Part shown: positions 35,800 through 41,351 of the stretch, piece after piece
How positions within the stretch are numbered: the first letter of the stretch is position 1
Layout of the letters: the number at the start of each line of letters is the position of its first letter
From: Octopus sinensis
Lineage: Eukaryota
Direction: 5' to 3'
NCBI RefSeq assembly: GCF_006345805.1
Contig: NW_021835555.1
Location: forward strand, 1-41,351
Length of the DNA: 41,351 nt
Made by a program: the position numbers and the translations under genes
The notes under the pieces: model-generated
Told to the model about the DNA's origin: nothing
What the model saw: only the letters and a program-made list of their open reading frames with translations
The model's database searches: none

Positions 35800-35832
<33 letters not shown>

Positions 35833-36050
35833 CATACATATGTATGTGTGTGTATGTATATGTATATATGTGTGTGTGTGTTGTGTGTGTAAACACACAT
35901 ATATCACATATATATATATGCGTATAAAATTATGCATATATGATCCTACGTATATGTGTATATATGTATATATATATACATACACATATATATATATATA
36001 TATATATTACATACATATGTATGTTTGTGTGTATGTATGTATATGTGTGT
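35699..36050 (+). repeat. 178-bp tandem duplication of a composite microsatellite unit
   Basis: TGATCCTACG at 35763 and 35941, with identical surrounding unique linkers. Confidence 0.85.
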
Positions 36051-36572
36051 GTATACATAGATACATATACAATGTATGCATGTGTATATATATATATATG
36101 TGCGTGCGCATGCGTAAGTACATATCTACGCCACTGAGCAATGCAATAGATTCAATTACCGTTGTGTTGGTGTGCGAGAGATTCAATTAACGTTGGTTTT
36201 TGGTGTTAACGTTGGGGGGGTTGGGGGTTGGAGGTTGGGGGTTGGAGCAGGGGGGTTGGTGCTCGCCTTGGTGCTAGTGTGTCTGTTAGTATTTACATTG
36301 GCGTTGGTGATGCTGTTTGCCATTTACCATACCAAACTCCAGACGAACACCAATCACGAGCCGTGTTCTCTGACAACTGTATCTATTCAAACAATATGTC
36401 TGTCTCGGCCCAGTGATTGCAGCGGCAGTGAATAATACGACCAAGCTGATAAAGTTTAAACATAGAAGCCAATGGGAGAGGAAGAGGGGGAGGAGATAAA
36501 GTGGGGGAGGGGGGAGAGAAAGGAGGGAGAGAGAGAAAGAGAGATATTTTTACGTGTTTATTGGACCCACTA

Positions 36573-36679
36573 GAAATGGCGTCCAAATTTTCCTCAAATC
36601 ACATCTTACGGACTTTACCGGACCACTGTCTGCAGCAGTAAAAACTGGGAATGAAAGAAATCTATATATACAAGCCCAC

Positions 36680-36739
<60 letters not shown>

Positions 36740-37100
36740 AGAGAGAGTGAGAGAGAGAGAGAAAGAGAGAGAGAGGGAGGCAGAGAGAGAGAGGGAGGCA
36801 GAGAGAGAGAGGGAGGCAGAGAGAGAGAGAAGAGAGAGATCTCCATGTAAATCACTCGACTCGTTGGAAATCTCGTCCAAATTTCTCTCAAATCACATCT
36901 TACGGACTTTACCGGCCCACTGACTGAAGCAATAAAAACCAAGAACGAAAGAAAGCTATATATACAAGCCCACGAGAGACAGAGACAGAGACAGAGACAG
37001 AGAGAGAGAGAGAGGCAGAGAGAGAGAGAGAAGAGAGAGATCTCCATGTGAATCACTTGACTCGTTGGAAATCTCGTCCAAATTCCCCTCAAATCACATC
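36573..37100 (+). repeat. Tandem repeat, two full units + partial, with variable (GA)n inside each unit
   Basis: GAAAT..CGTCCAAATT..CTCAAATCACATC starts at 36573, 36867 and 37068. Confidence 0.85.
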
Positions 37101-37267
37101 ATGCTATCAAGGCAGGGAAAGTTACTCTAACAAACCAACGTTGGGGACCTCTACGTGGTCATCCGACCGGCTAAAAACAGCATCCGAATTTCACTAAGAT
37201 CACAGCTTACTGTCTTTAAAAATAAGGATATGATTCATTGAATAACTTCGTATATAAGCTACAACTG

Positions 37268-37430
37268 AGATATGGCTGAGTGGTTAAGGTATACGTTTTG
37301 TAGTCACAAAGTTCCAGGTTCGATCTCACTGCTGCGAGACATTTTGAGCAAAATCATTTTTACTATAGTTTGAGACAGACCCAATCCTCGTGGATTGACG
37401 GAAATTGTAATGAACCCCGTTGGGTAGATT
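37268..37430 (+). mobile_element. Degenerate SINE family C head
   Basis: TGGCTGAGTGG, GGTTCGATCTC, TTTGAGCAAAATCATTTTTACTATAG. Confidence 0.55.
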
Positions 37431-37499
37431 ATATCTATGGTTCAAACGTCTGTACCGTGTGGTATTTCCAAAATAACCGCATAGCATATATGGGTATAT

Positions 37500-37590
37500 A
37501 AAATAAGTACCTGTTGAATACTGGGGTCGAGGTAATCCACTAAGGCCCCCCGCCCTGAATTTTAGGCCTTGTGCTTATTGTAGAAAGCAT
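37500..37590 (+). mobile_element. SINE family A-related 3' fragment
   Basis: AAATAAGTACCTGTTGAATACTGGGGTCGAGGTAATC...AGGCCTTGTGC. Confidence 0.6.
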
Positions 37591-37915
37591 TATTATCGTT
37601 TTTGTTGTTGTTGGCAGTGGTGGGAGTAGGGGCATGTAAGTGTAAGTGACAAGGTATTGCTGTTATTGGCGGTACAGCAATCCCTTGACCATCGCGGGTG
37701 TTACGTTCCAAAAAAACCCGCGATAAGTGAAAATCCGCGAAGTAGAAACAGTACTGTACAGTATATTTTTTATTATATTTATTTTATTATCAATGCAAAA
37801 CACCACCACACACCCGCCTCCTGAGTTTCGTTTCCCATACAGTATGAGCGATTCTTTGTTTTCTCATCTACGGTACACTACGTATTTTTCTTTTAATATA
37901 TTTTAAATAACGTGT

Positions 37916-38160
37916 GGTGGAGGCGCGTGGCTCAGTGGTTAGGATGTTGAACTCATGATCGTAAGGTTGCGGTTTCGATTCCTGGATCGGTCGATGCGTT
38001 GTGTTCTTGAGCAAAACACTTCATTTCACGTTGCTCCAGTCCACTCAGCTGGCAAAAATGAGTAATCCTGCGACGGACTGGCATCCCGTCCACGTAGGGA
38101 ATTTCTACGCCACTGAAACCGGGAAACCGGCCCTTATGAACCTGGCATGGCTCGTGAAGT
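37916..38160 (+). mobile_element. tRNA-derived CORE-type SINE, family B (third tail type)
   Basis: TGGCTCAGTGG, GGTTTCGATTCC, GTTGTGTTCTTGAGCAAAACACTTCATTTCACGTTGCTCCAGTCCACTCAGCTG, tail CTGCGACGGACTGGCATCCCGTCC. Confidence 0.85.
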
Positions 38161-38172
38161 AGCATTTATTTT

Positions 38173-38485
38173 TGAGGCGCAATGGCCCAGTGGTTAGGGC
38201 AGCGGACTCGCGGTCGGAGGATCGCGGTTTCGATTCCCAGACCAGGAATCGAAATTTATTGAGCGAAAACACCTAAAAGCTCCACGAGGCTCCGGCAGGG
38301 AGTGGTGGAGACCCCTGTTGTACTCTTTCGCCACAACTTTCTCTCACTCTCTCTTCCTGTTTCGTGAGTAATACTGCGATGAACTGGCGTCCCGTCCAGC
38401 TGGGGAGGAACGCATACGCCACAGAAACCGGGAAACCGGGCCCATGAGCCTGGCTAGGCTTGAAAAAGGGCGCATAAATACAAAA
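38173..38485 (+). mobile_element. tRNA-derived SINE related to family B by its tail
   Basis: TGGCCCAGTGG, GGTTTCGATTCC; tail GCGATGAACTGGCGTCCCGTCCAG...GAAACCGGGAAACCGG shared with 38070-38135. Confidence 0.8.
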
Positions 38486-39009
38486 AAATAATGTGCAATG
38501 CAGAGCCATACTGTACTGTATTTTTATTCATTAGTTTATTAATTTTTAGGCATGAAAATGCTTATTTTACCACAGAAATAATTAAAGTCTAAAAATATAT
38601 AAATACTTATCAGCCGCAGAAACCCGCGATATACTGAGGACTCCAACCTATAAATTTACATATATTAACCAGAAAAATCCGCGATGTACTGAGTGCGTGA
38701 TAGGTAAACCGCGATATGGTGAGGGATTACTGTATTGCCTATATTGTTATTGCTGTTGTTTAGCCCTAGGTCATCCACGGTTGACCAGGCCTATGATCAA
38801 ATAGTGTTCTAGTGGTGATCACCCAGTCGTTTTGTAGATCAGTCAAAGGCTATCTAGGATTACATTATCCAATATGTCCTTCCTTCATTCTCTTTTAAAG
38901 ATAACACCTGTGTGATTTGGTGGGAAATTACCTGATACTTCTAGTAGGTCAAACATTATTTTTGTTGTTGTTGTTGGCGGTGGTGGACGTGTTGGTTACG
39001 GTGCACTGT

Positions 39010-39290
39010 TGTTAAGTTAAGTTAATTTTGGGGCTCAAAAAGCAAAAAGCAAGGCCATGTAGGGGGACATCGAGTTATGTACAGGGAGGGTGTTCATACA
39101 AAGAGTTCAGGCCATTTCTGGTCAAGAGAGACTTTGAACCGAGCGGTCGTCGACATCTTCACTATCTCGTCCGGCAGTTTATTCCACGGATCCGCAACCC
39201 GGACGGAGAAAGCCCCTCTCCTTCGATTGAGATGAAATCGTCGCGTTGCTGTTTAACCCTAGGTTACCCATGGTTGGCCATGTCATATCA
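39010..39290 (-). mobile_element. CR1-clade LINE 3' end fragment
   Basis: Minus-strand RRFHLNRRRGAFSVRVADPWNKLPDEIVKMSTTARFKVSLDQKWPELFV* (stop 39094-39096), the classic FSxRVxxxWNxLP...FKxxLD motif; (TTAAC)-type tail. Confidence 0.85.
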
Positions 39291-39789
39291 GTCATAGAGT
39301 ACCTTGGACTACAATAGTCAATGCGTCTTCTACTTTATTTTTTTTTTTAAGTCGATGCAAAACACTATGTCTGAAGACATCCCAAAAGGCGGGATGTTCA
39401 CGCATGGAGAGTCTTTGATCCTAGCTTTATCCGATCAGCGTTAAACTAGAGGTTACTACACTATGCCAACAACAGTCACAGAGTCGAAAAATCACCAACA
39501 TCTGAACTTAATGTCTAAAGTTGATCAACGTTAATTAAGTGAAGCACTCAATAATAACATACACACACACACACACACACACATTCACGGACACACAGAC
39601 ACACACAAACGGTCAAACACGCACACACATATATTATATATATATAGTCGTATGCCCCGGTGAACTAATATGTTGATGTGGTGTCAGCGGGGTTGAGGAT
39701 AGGCGGGGAAGCGAAGGACGACAGAACACCATTCGGCTTGTTGATCTTGACGATCGAAGTCATCGATGCGTGATTATTGATGTACGTTG

Positions 39790-39848
39790 ATACGAGGATA
39801 TATGTGTGTGTGCATATGTGTGTATGCATATGTATGTATATATATATG

Positions 39849-39884
<36 letters not shown>

Positions 39885-40079
39885 ACACACACACACACAT
39901 ACATATATATATATATGCATGTATGTATGTATATGTGTGTATGTATATATATATATATATATTATATATATATGCATACATAGATACATACACGTAGAGA
40001 GAGAAAAAGACAAAGACATACATAGGGAAATACGTATATATATGTAAAGATATATGTAATAAATATGCATATATATATA

Positions 40080-40115
<36 letters not shown>

Positions 40116-40376
40116 CACACACATATGCAATGTATATGTACTCATTCATAAACACACACGCACACCACATATTGCATATATATATAATATATATATCTAT
40201 ATATATATATATATAACACACACATATATATATATATACACTATATTTCATGCATATATATATATGTATGTATGCATATATATGTATGTATGTATGTATA
40301 TATCTATATTTGTATGTGTATATATATATATATTATGTATGTGTATATATATATATGTATGTGTGTATATAATATA

Positions 40377-40407
<31 letters not shown>

Positions 40408-40423
40408 GTATATAATATATAAG

Positions 40424-40463
<40 letters not shown>

Positions 40464-40540
40464 CTATATATATATATATATATAATTATATAATCTATAT
40501 ATATAGATATTATATATACGTATATACACATACACATAAT
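39790..40540. repeat. (TA)n/(CA)n degenerate block
   Basis: Direct inspection. Confidence 0.9.
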
Positions 40541-41214
40541 ATACAAACACGAAGAGAGTGAATGAGGGAATAAAATTGAGAGGAAGCATACATAGGTACA
40601 CCAATGTGTGTGTATATGTGTTAAGGTTTGTGTATGTATTATGCATACGTACATCTGTGTGTATGTGTGTTTGTGTGTTTGTGTGTTTTAGCGCGAAAAT
40701 GAGGAAGCGATAGGGGAAGACATCTTTAATGTGTATTAAGTGATAGATGTAATAATTTTTTTACGTTCTTTATTTATTTATACATTATTTTTCTTTATAT
40801 TTTATGGGGTGTTTTTTTTATGAGAAAGTACCGGAAATGATAGTGTGACACTACAATTGATGAAATAGATCTACAAAAAAACGAAAGCAACCACAACAAC
40901 AGCATCAACAATAACAGGCTTGCCGGCAACAGCATCGGCAATGCTGCATTTCCGGTAAAGAACAAAAAAAAAACAATTATTAAACATGGTAGGTTTTTAC
41001 TTAGTACAGAAGCATACAGGTGTACGCATCTATGTACATAGGCATAAAGGTGTGAGATTATACATGTGTGTATGGGTATGTGTGGGTGTGCGTGTGTGTG
41101 TGTGTGTGTGTAGATGGATGAAACATGCAGGTATAAACTATAGATAGATATATAAATTGGAAAGACAAACTCCACCTCCATTTCTGTATATTTATTCATA
41201 TGTACGAACACACA

Positions 41215-41351
41215 CACATACCTACATACATACATACGTACATACATACATACATACATACATACATACATACATACATACGTACGTACATGTACACACA
41301 TGCGTACATACATACATACATACATACATACATACATACATGCATACATAC
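41215..41351. repeat. (CATA)n microsatellite
   Basis: Direct inspection. Confidence 0.95.

Larger units (their letters stand above)
37675..38732 (+). mobile_element. Tigger/pogo-like (Tc1/mariner superfamily) MITE with TA TSD, carrying two SINE insertions
   Basis: TA|CAGCAATCCCTTGACCATCGCGG at the left end and CCGCGATATGGTGAGGGATTACTG|TA at the right end. Confidence 0.75.

Noticed and set aside
36573-37100. CRISPR-like repeat-spacer appearance
   Set aside because: Eukaryotic context, units of 200-300 bp, microsatellite spacers and no cas genes.
39369-39400. CTGAAGA followed by the hairpin ACATCCC/GGGATGT as a hammerhead
   Set aside because: There is no GAAA after the stem (TCAC follows), and no stem III or stem I.

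Overview
Gene-poor, microsatellite-saturated eukaryotic DNA. The SINE families, R4/Dong, CR1 and Tc1 remnants and the extreme (TA)n/(TATG)n/(TCTA)n density are typical of an Octopus (coleoid cephalopod) genome; this is an inference. No host protein-coding gene can be supported, and almost all listed ORFs are translated simple repeats. Recognisable content: a 5'-truncated CR1-clade LINE with a nearly intact APE-RT ORF2 (22.85-25.53 kb, minus strand); two further CR1 remnants; two R4/Dong-type retrotransposon 3' fragments, each within (TAA)n repeats; about 20 tRNA-derived SINE copies or fragments from at least three families; hAT and Tigger/pogo MITEs; a Tc1/mariner 3' end; a Helitron-like 5' end; a 1.55-kb 21-bp minisatellite; and several local tandem and inverted duplications. 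The most notable observation is a fully base-paired type I hammerhead-ribozyme fold with a variant core at 26269-26322 (minus strand), plus three degenerate hammerhead-like motifs elsewhere. Also notable are a 3' tail shared between the CR1 LINE and the commonest SINE, and two inverted duplications centred on microsatellites. All alignments, folds and coordinates were done by eye; boundaries are approximate unless a TSD or TIR is quoted.
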